This document shows positions 31,738-32,000 of a stretch of DNA of 32,000 nt, one piece after another. This DNA is from Mesoplasma florum L1. Lineage in GTDB: Bacteria > Bacillota_I > Bacilli_A > Mycoplasmatales > Mycoplasmataceae. The stretch lies in assembly GCF_000008305.1 (NCBI RefSeq), contig NC_006055.1, positions 240,001 through 272,000 on the forward strand, in the 5' to 3' direction. Every line of letters starts with the position of its first letter. Within the stretch, counting starts at the first letter, position 1. Made by a program: the position numbers and the translations under genes. The notes under the pieces were generated by a model. That model saw only the letters and a program-made list of their open reading frames with translations, did not search any database and was not told where the DNA came from.

Positions 31738-32000
31738 ATGAGAAAAATAAATGAATTAAACAATACAATTTCTTCAACTGATTTAGTTGTTAGAATTGAA
31801 AAAGTTATTATTTCAACAGCTACTAATGGTTCATCTTATATCATTTTAAATTTATCAGATAAAACTGGTAGAATTGAAGCTAGAAAATGAACAGTAACTG
31901 AAGAAGATAAACAATTGTTACAACCAAATGCTTTTATTTTATTTAAGAATGCTGCTGTTAACGAATTTAGAGGCGTATTACAGCTTAAAGTTAGTGATTA
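31738..32000 (+). CDS. OB-fold nucleic-acid-binding protein, probably YhaM-type 3'-5' exoribonuclease (partial, runs off window)
   Basis: AAGGAG RBS, ATG 31738. MRKINELNNTISSTDLVVRIEKVIISTATNGSSYIILNLSDKTGRIEARKWTVTEEDKQLLQPNAFILFKNAAVNEFRGVLQLKV; only the OB domain is visible. Confidence 0.6.

Noticed and set aside
1-32000. Searched by eye for CRISPR arrays, tandem or long inverted repeats, transposases, phage genes, toxin-antitoxin, restriction or other defence systems
   Set aside because: None seen. Visible inverted repeats are short intrinsic terminators. A computational repeat search (self-dotplot, MinCED) would be needed to exclude subtle or degenerate repeats.

Overview
This is an AT-rich Mollicutes chromosomal window that uses genetic code 4 (UGA = Trp). 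It is almost certainly Mesoplasma florum or a very close relative. The strongest support is the tmRNA at 2409-2816, whose encoded proteolysis tag reads ANKNEENTNEVPTFMLNAGQANYAFA, the known M. florum (mf-ssrA) tag. The supplied ORF track treats TGA as stop, so most genes appear as fragments. I re-joined them by reading TGA as Trp in frame. Gene order: adenosine deaminase (-), beta-lactamase-fold serine hydrolase, tmRNA (-), mgtE, trmB, unknown membrane-anchored protein, PP2C phosphatase, Ser/Thr kinase, rsgA, rpe, thiN, small basic coiled-coil protein (-), tRNA-Leu(CAA) (-), unknown membrane/coiled-coil protein, rpmB (-), Asp23/yloU, fakA, plsX, rnc, smc, pstS-pstCA(fused)-pstB-phoU, ftsY, ylxM, ymdB, metK, M13 peptidase, trmFO, ung, and a partial OB-fold/YhaM-like gene. 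Much of this is the conserved Firmicute prpC-prkC-rsgA-rpe-thiN...rpmB-yloU-fakA-plsX-rnc-smc-ftsY-ylxM neighbourhood, with losses and insertions. I found no CRISPR array, IS element, prophage, restriction or defence system, and nothing I can support as a new molecular system. The best leads are an unannotatable membrane-anchored protein directly upstream of the PP2C/kinase pair, a kinase that ends at its transmembrane helix without PASTA domains, a pst operon inserted between smc and ftsY with a fused PstC-PstA and a highly basic tail, a PstS without a lipobox, and two small hypothetical genes filling the thiN-rpmB interval.
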